A stretch of DNA of 64,000 nt from Wickerhamiella versatilis (lineage: Eukaryota), in contig JAQOWU010000003.1 of the NCBI GenBank assembly GCA_030867685.1, positions 682,001-746,000 on the forward strand. The letters run 5' to 3'. The notes under the pieces are model-generated. The model was not told the origin of the DNA and made no database searches. It saw nothing but the letters and a program-made list of their open reading frames with translations. Below are positions 50,178 through 62,018 of the stretch, in pieces (position 1 is the stretch's first letter; each line of letters starts with the position of its first letter). Both the position numbers and the translations under genes were made by a program.

Positions 50178-51415
50178 CATCTACAAAGATTCAAGTGAAG
50201 AATCCCATCGTTGACCTCGATGGTGATGAAATGACTAGAATTATTTGGAAGAGTATCAAGGATAATCTGATTTTTCCCTACCTTGATATTGACCTCAAGT
50301 ATTACGACCTCGGCATTGAATATCGTGACCAAACAAACGATCAGGTCACTATCGATGCTGCCGAGGCAATCAAGAAATACCAGGTGGGCGTGAAATGTGC
50401 CACGATCACCCCAGACGAAGCTCGTGTGGAGGAGTTCAAATTGAAGAAGATGTGGTTGTCCCCCAACGGTACTATCAGAAATATTTTGGGTGGAACAGTC
50501 TTCCGTGAGCCCATCGTTATCGACAACATCCCTCGTCTTGTACCGGGATGGAAGAAACCTATTATCATTGGCCGTCATGCTCACGGTGATCAGTACAAGG
50601 CAACTGACATCGTCGTGCCTGGCGCCGGAAAGCTCGAGCTTGTCTACACACCTAAGGATGGTGGCGAGACTCAGCGCTATGATGTTTATGATTATAAGGG
50701 CCCAGGTGTTGGTATGGCTATGTACAATACCGATGAATCTATCACCGGGTTCGCCCACTCCAGTTTCAAGGTTGCTCTTAACAAGAAGCTGCCTCTGTAC
50801 ATGAGCACCAAGAATACCATCCTTAAGCGTTATGACGGTCGTTTCAAGGATATTTTCCAGGATCTGTACGAGAAGTACTACAAGGAAGACTTCGAGAAGG
50901 CTGGTATTTGGTACGAGCACCGTCTTATTGACGACATGGTGGCTCAGATGATCAAATCACAAGGTGGCTTTGTCGTAGCAATGAAGAACTATGACGGTGA
51001 TGTTCAGTCAGATATCGTTGCCCAGGGCTTTGGCTCACTTGGTCTGATGACTTCGGTTCTCCTCACTCCCGATGGAAAGACGTTTGAGAGCGAGGCTGCA
51101 CACGGTACAGTTACCCGTCACTACCGCCAGTGGCAGAAGGGCAACGAGACTTCCACGAACTCTATCGCGTCTATCTTTGCCTGGACTCGTGGTCTCATTC
51201 AGCGTGGTAAGTTGGATGGCACCCCAGAAGTTTCTATTTTCGGCGAGGCTTTGGAGAAGGCAGTAATTGACACTGTCGTTGTTGACGGCAAAATGACCAA
51301 GGACCTTGCTCTTGCTCGGGGTGAAACTGCTCGTAGCTCCTACGTCCTCACTGAGGAGTTCATCGGCAACGTTAAGGAACGTCTTGACAAGAACCTCAAG
51401 GCAGCCAACCTGTAA
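50171..51415 (+). CDS. IDP1: NADP-dependent isocitrate dehydrogenase (short isoform / exon 2)
   Basis: [47 protein letters not shown] and [10 protein letters not shown]. Ends in -ANL. Confidence 0.97.
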   Translation: MAASTKIQVKNPIVDLDGDEMTRIIWKSIKDNLIFPYLDIDLKYYDLGIEYRDQTNDQVTIDAAEAIKKYQVGVKCATITPDEARVEEFKLKKMWLSPNGTIRNILGGTVFREPIVIDNIPRLVPGWKKPIIIGRHAHGDQYKATDIVVPGAGKLELVYTPKDGGETQRYDVYDYKGPGVGMAMYNTDESITGFAHSSFKVALNKKLPLYMSTKNTILKRYDGRFKDIFQDLYEKYYKEDFEKAGIWYEHRLIDDMVAQMIKSQGGFVVAMKNYDGDVQSDIVAQGFGSLGLMTSVLLTPDGKTFESEAAHGTVTRHYRQWQKGNETSTNSIASIFAWTRGLIQRGKLDGTPEVSIFGEALEKAVIDTVVVDGKMTKDLALARGETARSSYVLTEEFIGNVKERLDKNLKAANL

Positions 51416-51715
51416 GTGTTCGCTTGCAGTCTTGAATTCTTTCCATAGTGAGGGCTGGACAGGCCTTATAAGTAGAAGTTTAGAATATAGAAGGTGGGTT
51501 GGATGAAAGGTTACAGCGTTTGATAGAATATTTCTAATGTGGAAGGAAAATTATTGAAAAGAGAGAGGGAACCCCAAAGTGAACAAGAAAAGCTATCAAT
51601 CAAATGCGTAGTGTGAAATCCTGATTGTCTTAAATACGTCATGGAACAGTAATCTATCCTTGCCCAGAAAGCACATTTAAGGCAGTCACATTCAGAGAAT
51701 AAGAACAGCCTATCA

Positions 51716-52747
51716 ATGGCCACAGGAGAAGAGAATGCCTTAGAGGAGCTTGAGATAGAGGACACTCCTCCGCAAGAATCAAGGCTACATCGGATTCTCA
51801 CCCCGGGGGTCCAATTATATCTTGCAGCCATGTTCTGTGGGTCAGCGATGAAGGCCATATCAAAATTATTAGTTGAAGAGGTGAACAATTACCAATTAAT
51901 CTGTATGCGTATGGCACTAACTGGAGCAACGGCCTTGATTTACATGTGGTATAAATCTATACCTCACTATTTTTGGGGACCTCCGGGTACACGGTTATTA
52001 TTATTGTGCCGTGCTGTGATGGGGTTCTTAAACATAGCGCTGGTTTATTACCAAATTCAATATCTTTCCCTTCCAAACTCCGCAATTATCCAGTTTCTCT
52101 CGCCCCTCGTAACCTGTGTCGCAGCGAGGATCCTCTTGAAGGAGCCATATTATTGGCAGCAAGCACTTGCGTCAGTCGTTAGTTTTATGGGAGTCCTAGT
52201 GATCGCCCGTCCACAGTGGCTATTTGGAGGGTATTCGAATGAAGATCAAATGACAAGCGATTCAATTCACCGTATGTGGGCAGTGATGGCAGGATTGGGT
52301 AATGTGGCATGTTCAGCGGGCATAATGATAGTCCTACGGATAATTGGTGACAGAATCCACCCATTAGCCAGCGTTAGCTCTTATGCAGTTGCCGCTACAA
52401 GCTTATCTTTTATTTATCTTATATTTCGCCTGGGGGACGTGGCACTACCAAAGTCTCCAAGAACCTGGGCTCTAATCGTGGTAAGTGGTTTCTCTGGATT
52501 TTTTTTGCAATTCATGAGCTCTCGTGCTGTTCAATTGGAGAAAGCGACTGTGCTATCACCCCTCAGATACACCCAGCTAATTTATGCCACGATATGGGAA
52601 TTCTTAATTTGGCACGACCTCCCGGATATATTCTCACTGATTGGAATGGTTTTTGTTCTTGCAGGGGTCATTTATGCCGCCCAGTATAAAGCGGTAAAAC
52701 AAGAAAAACCCCTAAGTGGGGATGAACACTCTCAGAATAGACAATAG
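51716..52747 (+). CDS. EamA/DMT-family membrane transporter (YPL264C/YMR253C-like)
   Basis: About 10 hydrophobic segments and motifs WGPPGTRLLLLCR, ILLKEP, GVLVIARP.WLFG, QLEKA and YTQL. Confidence 0.85.
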   Translation: MATGEENALEELEIEDTPPQESRLHRILTPGVQLYLAAMFCGSAMKAISKLLVEEVNNYQLICMRMALTGATALIYMWYKSIPHYFWGPPGTRLLLLCRAVMGFLNIALVYYQIQYLSLPNSAIIQFLSPLVTCVAARILLKEPYYWQQALASVVSFMGVLVIARPQWLFGGYSNEDQMTSDSIHRMWAVMAGLGNVACSAGIMIVLRIIGDRIHPLASVSSYAVAATSLSFIYLIFRLGDVALPKSPRTWALIVVSGFSGFFLQFMSSRAVQLEKATVLSPLRYTQLIYATIWEFLIWHDLPDIFSLIGMVFVLAGVIYAAQYKAVKQEKPLSGDEHSQNRQ

Positions 52748-52847
52748 ACAATATGTGCGTACATATGAGACCGTAACTATCGGAACGATTATGTAATCGC
52801 GTTCCTGTGACGTTGCCCCCCTACTGAGTACGTAACTTCAACAAAAC

Positions 52848-53282
52848 ATGTCGAGTGGTGTGAAGGTTAGCGACGACGCAGTCAAAGCTTTCAATGATTT
52901 TAAGCTGAGTGGTAAGAAGACCAGTCCTAACTATATCATCTATCGGGTCAACGATGACAAGACGGAGATTGTTATAGATAAAGAGGGCCGTACAGACAAG
53001 TACGACGAGTTTGTTGACCTGCTCCCGGAAAATGACTGCCGTTACGCTGTTTACGACTTTACCTTTGATCTCCCCAATGGCGAAGGCCATCGCAGTAAAA
53101 TTGTATTCATTACCTGGAGTCCAGATACTACGCCCATTCGCTCAAAGATGATTTATGCCTCGTCGAAAGATGCAATCCGCCGCGCACTTACGGGTGTACA
53201 TCTCGATATTCAGGGCACAGATTATTCGGAAGTTGCCTATGAAACAGTCCTTGAGCGCGCTTCTAAGGGTGTGCTCAAATAG
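52848..53282 (+). CDS. COF1: Cofilin (intronless)
   Basis: [20 protein letters not shown] and [23 protein letters not shown]. Confidence 0.96.
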   Translation: MSSGVKVSDDAVKAFNDFKLSGKKTSPNYIIYRVNDDKTEIVIDKEGRTDKYDEFVDLLPENDCRYAVYDFTFDLPNGEGHRSKIVFITWSPDTTPIRSKMIYASSKDAIRRALTGVHLDIQGTDYSEVAYETVLERASKGVLK

Positions 53283-53476
53283 ATGGTTTTAGATATGTAA
53301 TACTTAGATCGTCTGTTCAGCCATTCATCTCCAGTACCCGCAATTGCAAGGACTATTATGCATTGTGCTATCCGTAGTTAAATATGCAGAAATCTATGAT
53401 CGGCTATTTCAGGGGTTATGTATCATAAACGGTCGAAATCAAACCTTGATCAATAAAGTTTGATGAATTGAACTAC

Positions 53477-54108
53477 ATGTTCCAAAATTTGTCTCTCAAT
53501 CATACAAATATGGCGCCAATAATCGATGCAATGCTATCAGAGTTTACCTTGGACGACAATGTCGATGGCAGTGTTCTCGGCCTTATGTTAACAGGTATTC
53601 TGATAAGTTTGATCATAGCTATGCTAGCATGGGACCAGGTAGACAAGTCTATCCGAAGACAAAGGGTGGAAAGGCAAGAAAAACTTCATAAAGATACGTT
53701 GGCACATCTTACAGAACTTATGGAAGCTGAACTTGGCACGGCGCCAAACTGGCAGACAATAATGTCCGACACTACAACCCATACCAACTTCCACATCATT
53801 CTAAATGGGGATAAAGTACCATCAGCGAAAGATATTGCCGAAAAATTGACGCTCGTCCGGAGAGTATGTCCGGCGTCATGCTGGGTGGCTAAAGGCTATC
53901 AGTTATGCTGCATATGTATCGAGGAGATACAACCACGTTCAACCATAAGGACTCTAGAGTGTGGACACATTTTCCACAATTTATGCATAGTCCAATGGCT
54001 TACCAGAACAAAGCCAAATTGCCCGTTGTGTCACCAGCAAGTAACCACACAACTCCCTCGTAAATCACCCTATACAATAGGTTCAGGTTATCAGTGTCTG
54101 GAAGATCT

Positions 54109-54112
<4 letters not shown>
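53477..54112 (+). CDS. Membrane-anchored RING-H2 E3 ligase-like protein (start at 53477 or 53510)
   Basis: One TM (VLGLMLTGILISLIIAMLAW) and CCICIEE..RTLECGHIFHNLCIVQWL..CPLC. Confidence 0.8.
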
Positions 54113-55798
<1,686 letters not shown>

Positions 55799-56002
55799 CC
55801 TTTCTTTGGTTATTTCTTAGTGTACGGCTCTATGGCTATTACTTTTAACGCTTTAATTAAATAGGACATGTTATAGTTTCGTGAGCGTCACATCTAAAAT
55901 CGATACAATCATTTGAGCAATCACTTTATGCGTGTTGCTCTTCGGCCAGTAATCTATAGTCGCTGGCAAGTGAGTGAGTGAACTTCATCAATAAAAAAAG
56001 TT

Positions 56003-56659
56003 CTAGGCTGCAATTGGCCCATGCGTGAGTCCTATTTCCTCAGGATTTTCAACATTCGTTTTATGCTTAGAAGCCCCCTCCTTTGGTGCCCCCTTTGGAG
56101 CTTCCTTCGGCACCTCCGGCATACTCAATGCTTCATGACCAGCATTTTCCTCAGATTCTAAAGCCGCGAGCTCATCCTCAATCTCAAGTTCCTCATTCCT
56201 GGAGATGCGACCCTCCAACATGCCATTGACTTCAGCTTGATATGCCTGTGCCTCTTCATTATCATCTAATATTTTCTCCAATTTGTCCATCGACATTTCT
56301 CTGTTAATTTCTTTTAGGACCATATTTCCCTTTTCAAGGCCAAAATAGATGTCCTTCTGTATTAAGGCGAATTCGATGCTGGTAGCCAAGTCTTCCAGCG
56401 TGGCCAATTGATCATCTGTCTTGCTAAGAAGCTGCTTTTGAAACTTCTCTTTGCGGAGAAATAGCAGAGCTTTCTCCTTGTCACCCCGGGCCAGACATTG
56501 TCGTGCCAAGTCGCGTTCACGGCGCTGGACAGATGCAATACGCTTCTGGTATTGGCGTACCTTATCTCTTTGCAATTTTAGATCCAAAATGGCCTTGTCG
56601 CGTGATGTGACCTTTGTGCGATTGTTACCACCTCCGATAAACCACGACAACCAACCCAT
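56003..56659 (-). CDS. VPS20: ESCRT-III subunit Vps20
   Basis: MG- N-terminus, KVTSRDKAILDLKLQRDK, IEFALIQK..GL.KGN.VL and Snf7-fold coiled coil. Confidence 0.92.
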   Translation of the reverse strand: MGWLSWFIGGGNNRTKVTSRDKAILDLKLQRDKVRQYQKRIASVQRRERDLARQCLARGDKEKALLFLRKEKFQKQLLSKTDDQLATLEDLATSIEFALIQKDIYFGLEKGNMVLKEINREMSMDKLEKILDDNEEAQAYQAEVNGMLEGRISRNEELEIEDELAALESEENAGHEALSMPEVPKEAPKGAPKEGASKHKTNVENPEEIGLTHGPIAA

Positions 56660-56958
56660 TCAGAGTTGATTAGTCAATGATCTACTCCAATGTCTACTCC
56701 AGGATATTACCACTGGTAAATTTGTTGTCCAGAATTGAAATCAGTTTCATTTGAGACAGAATAGTTCTAGTTCGTATAAGATTTATTACTTTTTGACCTT
56801 GTGTAAGATTGGTGGTAAATCACATCAAATGTCGCCTTAACGTTTTTATCATATTCAATTTTTGGACCCACCAGGTAGACAATAATATTAATTAACGATA
56901 GAGTTTCTTCCAATATCTTATAAGTGTCTTATCTGCTCCATCGTTTTGATTATACGAG

Positions 56959-56995
56959 TGAGTCATTTACCTGGAAATCTTGTGCATCTGAGTCA
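56959..56995. promoter_or_regulatory. Two Gcn4 sites (TGAGTCA) upstream of HIS4
   Basis: TGAGTCA at 56959-56965 and 56989-56995, 30 nt apart. HIS4 is the classical Gcn4 target. Confidence 0.75.
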
Positions 56996-57007
56996 TCTCC
57001 ATTCATT

Positions 57008-59428
57008 ATGATCCCTCTGTTACCGAAAGTTTCTCGTCTAGACGAAGCTGAGGGTTTACTGAGTGGTGCAGCGCTTGTGAATCTCAATGATGTGGGAGTT
57101 AATGCTGTTTTGGAATTTTTGAAACGTGGCCCATTCACCGATCTTTACACCAGGACAGATAATAGCAGCGATGCTTGGACGGTGCTGCATGCCGGCTCGC
57201 GTGCCGTTGTTGTACCCGAATCAGTAGCAAATTCTCTTGAAAGTGAGGGTGTTCCAAGAAATCGGCTTGTTCTCGATTCTTTTACCAACTCAGATGGTTA
57301 TCTTGGGTGCTTTGGTACTGTCGCCGACGCTCATTCGCTTGGTGATAAAATGTTAGTATTCACTGAAGATGTCTTGGGAGATGCAGGAATCCCCGTATTG
57401 TTTGGAGAAGAGGCATTACCAGAGGTTTTGACCTCTCGATTGACCAGCGATCGACCAGATGGTCTGTGGACTACCGTTGTTCTGGACTTGCAAGACCGTT
57501 GTTTGGGTCTATGCTATTCATCTCCAGAAAGCGTTCGTGAAGCATGTGCTAAACGTGAGGGAGTTTATCAATCGCGAAAACGAGGATTATGGCATAAAGG
57601 AGCGACATCAGGGGATACTCAACGCCTCGTGAAAGTGAAACTCGATTGTGATTCGGACTGCTTGGCCTTTAACGTTGAGCAGCAGGGTAGCGGCTTTTGT
57701 CACCTCAAAACAGAATCTTGTTTCACGGAAAACCATGGTTTGCCGAGGCTTGAGAAAACAATTTACCAACGATTGGCCGATGCTCCTGAGGGTAGTTATA
57801 CTCGACGGCTTCTGATGGAACCGGGCATGCTGGAAGCTAAAATAATGGAGGAGGCTGAGGAGCTTTGCGATGCCGACTCAAAACATGAAATCTCATGGGA
57901 GGCAGCAGATCTTCTTTATTTCGCTTCGGTAAAGCTTGCGAAATTTGGTGTGACTTGGCGAGATGTGGAGGCTAACTTGGATGCCAAGTCTCTTAAGATT
58001 TCCAGGAGAAGAGGAGATGTGAAGCCTAAATGGGAACACAAGCAGAAGGAGGCTACTGAGAAATCAGAAGAGCCACAACAGGGACAAGTAGCAATGAACT
58101 TGGCTGCTGCTGATGTTGGCATTTCTGTCGTAAAGGCTAGCGATGAGAAAGCCATAGAGTATGCACTTCGTCGCCCTGCACAATCCTCTAATGCCTTTGA
58201 GCTTTCGCGCCCTATTGTCGAGGACGTCAGAAAACGTGGTGATGCTTGCCTTGTTGAGCTCACGCAGAAGTTTGACAAGGCAAATTTGAGCTCCCCAGTC
58301 CTGAATGCACCTTTCCCGCCTGAGTTGATGGAAATACCTGAATCTTTGCGCAAGTCTATCGACCTTGCGGTAGATAATGTGCGCAAGTTCCATGCAGCAC
58401 AGCTGACCCCTGCACTAACCGTGGAAACAATGCCCGGTGTTACTTGCTCGCGCTTTTCCCGGCCAATTGCAAGAGTTGGCCTGTACGTACCAGGTGGCTC
58501 GGCTATCCTCCCATCCTCAGCAATTATGCTTGGTGTCCCCGCACAAGTTGCTGGGTGTAAGCATATTACAATTGCCACGCCTCCTAGGCCGGATGGCACA
58601 CCAAGTCCAGAAGTCCTCTACGTTGCTCACAAGGTGGGTGCGAAACAATTGCTGCTGGCTGGTGGCGCACAAGCAGTTGCTGCAATGGCATATGGAACCC
58701 AGAGCGTCCAGAAGGTCGACAAGATATTCGGTCCTGGCAATCAGTTCGTCACTGCTGCTAAGATGATAACATCTACGGACTTATCTGCGCAAGTTGCTAT
58801 TGATATGCCTGCAGGACCGTCAGAAGTATTGGTTGTTGCGGACACGAAGGCACGCAAAGATTTCGTCGTGTCCGACCTATTGTCACAAGCCGAGCATGGT
58901 CCTGATTCGCAAGTAATTTTGATTTCAATTGCTTGGTCTGCCGAGGATCTGAAGGAACTGGCAGCTGAGCTCGATAGGCAAACACGAATGCTTCCACGGG
59001 TAGACATTGTGCGAAAGGCACTGTCCCATTCCTGTGTTATTGAGGCAGATACGCGGGAACAGGCCATGGCACTCGCCAACCAGTATGCTCCTGAGCATCT
59101 CATCTTGCAGTGCGAGAATCCAGATAAGCTAGTTGAATTGGTTGATAATGCGGGGTCTGTCTTCGTAGGGCCATTTTCACCCGAGTCATGTGGTGATTAT
59201 ACTTCAGGTACTAACCACACGCTTCCAACCTATGGCTACGCTAATCAATACTCTGGTGTCAACACTGATATGTTCTTGAAGTACCTTACATCTCAAACAT
59301 TGACTGAACAAGGTATTAGCAAACTCGGTAATGCAACTGTCGAGTTGGCTCGGAGAGAAGGTCTCGAAGCGCATGCAAACGCCGTTGTTGTCCGGTTGAA
59401 TGCATTGTCACCGAGTAGAAAATTGTAG
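57008..59428 (+). CDS. HIS4: Trifunctional histidine biosynthesis protein (PRA-CH, PRA-PH, histidinol dehydrogenase)
   Basis: SRKRGLWHKGATSG..DCDSD..GFCH, GSYTRRL..KIMEEAEEL, GLYVPGG, DMPAGPSE, QAEH and PEHL. First ATG at 57008. Confidence 0.97.
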   Translation: MIPLLPKVSRLDEAEGLLSGAALVNLNDVGVNAVLEFLKRGPFTDLYTRTDNSSDAWTVLHAGSRAVVVPESVANSLESEGVPRNRLVLDSFTNSDGYLGCFGTVADAHSLGDKMLVFTEDVLGDAGIPVLFGEEALPEVLTSRLTSDRPDGLWTTVVLDLQDRCLGLCYSSPESVREACAKREGVYQSRKRGLWHKGATSGDTQRLVKVKLDCDSDCLAFNVEQQGSGFCHLKTESCFTENHGLPRLEKTIYQRLADAPEGSYTRRLLMEPGMLEAKIMEEAEELCDADSKHEISWEAADLLYFASVKLAKFGVTWRDVEANLDAKSLKISRRRGDVKPKWEHKQKEATEKSEEPQQGQVAMNLAAADVGISVVKASDEKAIEYALRRPAQSSNAFELSRPIVEDVRKRGDACLVELTQKFDKANLSSPVLNAPFPPELMEIPESLRKSIDLAVDNVRKFHAAQLTPALTVETMPGVTCSRFSRPIARVGLYVPGGSAILPSSAIMLGVPAQVAGCKHITIATPPRPDGTPSPEVLYVAHKVGAKQLLLAGGAQAVAAMAYGTQSVQKVDKIFGPGNQFVTAAKMITSTDLSAQVAIDMPAGPSEVLVVADTKARKDFVVSDLLSQAEHGPDSQVILISIAWSAEDLKELAAELDRQTRMLPRVDIVRKALSHSCVIEADTREQAMALANQYAPEHLILQCENPDKLVELVDNAGSVFVGPFSPESCGDYTSGTNHTLPTYGYANQYSGVNTDMFLKYLTSQTLTEQGISKLGNATVELARREGLEAHANAVVVRLNALSPSRKL

Positions 59429-59579
59429 ACAAAATAGCTAATATATTATCTCTAAAAAAAAATCGGCTTCACAACTTATATATTGTAAATACTTCACCCT
59501 GATATGCCATACACTAGCAGCGTCATACTATTGGCAGAACTATTTGCTATAACCATATAAAAGCGGTTTATATTATATT

Positions 59580-60344
59580 TTACTCCTGGATCTTCTGCGA
59601 ACCGCGCAGCAGACCAGTGCGACGGGCAGCAATGAGACCAACCTTTTGGCCAGGAACGGCGTTACGGTTGATTGTAGATGCCTTACCAATGTGCTGGTGG
59701 TTACCACCACCGTGAGGATGGTCAACAGGGTTCATAGCAACACCACGGGTGCGAGGCCAGCTGTTGCGCTTCGCCTTGTACTTGTGGTAAGCGTTACCAG
59801 CCTTGAGAAGAGGCTTATCAATACGACCACCACCTGCGACAACACCAATAACACCACGGCACTGGTTGCTGACAATCTTCTTAGCACCAGAGGGAAGCTT
59901 AATACGGGTCTTACCATCATCTGGGTTCTGGCCGATGACAATAACGTAGTTACCAGAGGTGCGGGCCAAAGAAGAACGGTCACCAGTCTTGCTCTCAACG
60001 CTGTGGAGAATAGTACCTTCAGGGACAGAGCCAAGGGGCAGAACGTTACCAAGCGACAGAGCGGCATGCTTACCAGCGTAGACGAAAGCACCTTCGTAAA
60101 TGCCCTCAGTAGCGACCATAGTCTCAACATTGGTCTTGTACTTGTAAGGGTCACGGAATGCAACCTTAACGAGGGGAGCACCACGGCCACTGTCGTGGAG
60201 GATGCTAACACATCGGCCCTTCAAGTACCCGTGACGCTCGGCGTAATCGAGGGTACGGAGCTTGGCAGCTCCCTTGCGCAAACGAGTATGCGCCTCGAAG
60301 ATCTTGGAATTACCCTTCCTCTGAGCACGAATCACGCGTCCCAT
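59580..60344 (-). CDS. RPL2: 60S ribosomal protein uL2 (intronless)
   Basis: [24 protein letters not shown] and [25 protein letters not shown]. Confidence 0.98.
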   Translation of the reverse strand: MGRVIRAQRKGNSKIFEAHTRLRKGAAKLRTLDYAERHGYLKGRCVSILHDSGRGAPLVKVAFRDPYKYKTNVETMVATEGIYEGAFVYAGKHAALSLGNVLPLGSVPEGTILHSVESKTGDRSSLARTSGNYVIVIGQNPDDGKTRIKLPSGAKKIVSNQCRGVIGVVAGGGRIDKPLLKAGNAYHKYKAKRNSWPRTRGVAMNPVDHPHGGGNHQHIGKASTINRNAVPGQKVGLIAARRTGLLRGSQKIQE

Positions 60345-60415
60345 TTTTGGTGAGTGTCAGAAGTGCTGGATACGTGCGTACTTGTGAGAGTCAACCTGAG
60401 TACATCATGTAAGCA

Positions 60416-60423
60416 TTAGGGCT
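60416..60423. promoter_or_regulatory. Tbf1-like site TTAGGGCT upstream of RPL2
   Basis: Matches the TTAGGGCT motif used in ribosomal-protein promoters of non-Saccharomyces yeasts; about 72 nt upstream of the ATG. Confidence 0.35.
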
Positions 60424-61096
60424 GATGCCCTTTGATTACTATGCATGTATTTCATTCTTGAATAGACTCCTTAAGCAAGTACGTATGGGTTCAAGACAAT
60501 TGTTCTTGGTGTTTTTCATTAAACATTGAGTTTCTAGGCAGTATCGCACTAACCAATTGTATCTCCTGGATTCCTCACTGTATTGGGCTATCTTGCTACT
60601 ATTTAAATACCCAGTTCAGTATCTTTATATACGTCAGGTATTCTAACTGGGAAATACTAACTTTCTTAGTTCTGAAAAGTCTTGATAAGACGTGTACATC
60701 ATAAAGATTCACTACTTCACTATCAGGTCTCCACGACTTTGTATTACTCATCGACATGAAGGGAAGCAGGCTATTCCTCAAATAATCGTAGTCATTTATT
60801 AGAGGGGGGAGTAAATGGTACTATTCAATTATACGGGAGATACCAATAGAATTGAAATTGCTATTATACTCAGTCTTTTCCAAAAAAATAAAGCAAAATC
60901 ATTTCGCTTATCCAGCTTAGGAAATAAGCTGGGTAAGATTGGAAACTATGCACAATTTCAATACACAACCTAGAAAATGCATCGAATTAAATACGGAGTC
61001 CAGGATAATAGTCGTGTGTGGGTCTTCGGGTCGAGAGAGAGATCATGGTAAGCTTATCTAAATCCTAGAAGGCCTTGTGACCCCGGGACGACTCCA

Positions 61097-61885
61097 ATGG
61101 AAGCATTGCTTGCGCAGCTCCGCCAATCCACTTTAAGACTCGGAAGTCGAGGCCAAGAATTGTGGAGTCAAGTGCCACTAGCTAAGCGGGCAAGTGTCCT
61201 GGCTCTCATATTTGAGTATCGGAATCAGCCCTCTGTGCTGTTAACTGTTCGAGCATCCCATCTACACAGTTATGCCGGTGATGTGGCTCTTCCTGGAGGA
61301 AAGGCCGAAAAAGGTGAAACACCACTTGACGTAGCGCTTCGAGAGGGCCACGAAGAGGTGGGCCTATCGCCAGAAGCTGTAAAAGTCGTTGCCCAGTTAC
61401 CTACCTATATTAGCTCTCTTTCGGTGGCAGTTGTTCCAATTGTTGGTGTTTTGAGGGATATTGAGCTCGTAAATGGCATACCTAAGTCTATTCGCAATAA
61501 CCAACAGGAGGTGGCTGCATGTTTTAGTCTTCCACTAGAATACCTTTTAACTCCAAGCATAGGTCAGTTTTCCACAAAGCAGGTGGACTGGAAAGGCCTT
61601 CACTACCAAACACACTCTTATCGTCTTCTTGCAAAATCTAAAAAGATTGGTGAGCCAGGGACATACCGCTTATGGGGCTTGACTGCCAATATACTTGTGG
61701 ATATCGCACGACTCGCCCTCGGTCGCGAGCCATTATTTCAGCATCGACGTAGTGACGTTTACGGCGACCTGCTTTTGACAGAGGGTATGCTTGAAAATGG
61801 CCTTTTCGGTAGGGATCCAAAAAAAATCAATTTCAGCAAGGAGTTTGGGCGATATTCACCCGTTATAACCGAGCGAATACCGTAA
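61097..61885 (+). CDS. PCD1: Nudix CoA diphosphatase Pcd1
   Basis: VLLTVRASHLHSYAGDVALPGGK CoA motif, Nudix box ALREGHEEVGL and WGLTANIL. Confidence 0.9.
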   Translation: MEALLAQLRQSTLRLGSRGQELWSQVPLAKRASVLALIFEYRNQPSVLLTVRASHLHSYAGDVALPGGKAEKGETPLDVALREGHEEVGLSPEAVKVVAQLPTYISSLSVAVVPIVGVLRDIELVNGIPKSIRNNQQEVAACFSLPLEYLLTPSIGQFSTKQVDWKGLHYQTHSYRLLAKSKKIGEPGTYRLWGLTANILVDIARLALGREPLFQHRRSDVYGDLLLTEGMLENGLFGRDPKKINFSKEFGRYSPVITERIP

Positions 61886-62018
61886 TTATTTCCAATTAAC
61901 ATTCAAGATGAACTCTTTGGGACTAATGTTCATGTGTCAGATGAAGATGCTAATTAACTTGCATAAGCTATCCTTAGCTGATGAAATCGTTAAGGTTCGT
62001 GAACTAGATATACATAAT

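Noticed and set aside
50147-50920. 257-aa ORF antisense to IDP
   Set aside because: Same codon-bias shadow effect; overlaps a conserved enzyme.
51412-51417. GTAAGT donor overlapping the IDP stop codon (alternative C-terminus)
   Set aside because: No convincing downstream branch point and acceptor, and readthrough does not create a PTS1.
56924-57007. GTG/TTG upstream starts given in the ORF track for HIS4, NAF1, APT1, glutaminyl cyclase, BEM3 and others
   Set aside because: Artefacts of bacterial-style start calling in a eukaryote; first ATGs were used instead.
57916-58599. 227-aa ORF antisense to HIS4, and the many other short nested ORFs in the track
   Set aside because: They lie within conserved genes and have no domain signatures.
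59646-60353. 235-aa ORF antisense to RPL2
   Set aside because: Shadow ORF caused by strong codon bias of a highly expressed gene; no recognisable motifs.
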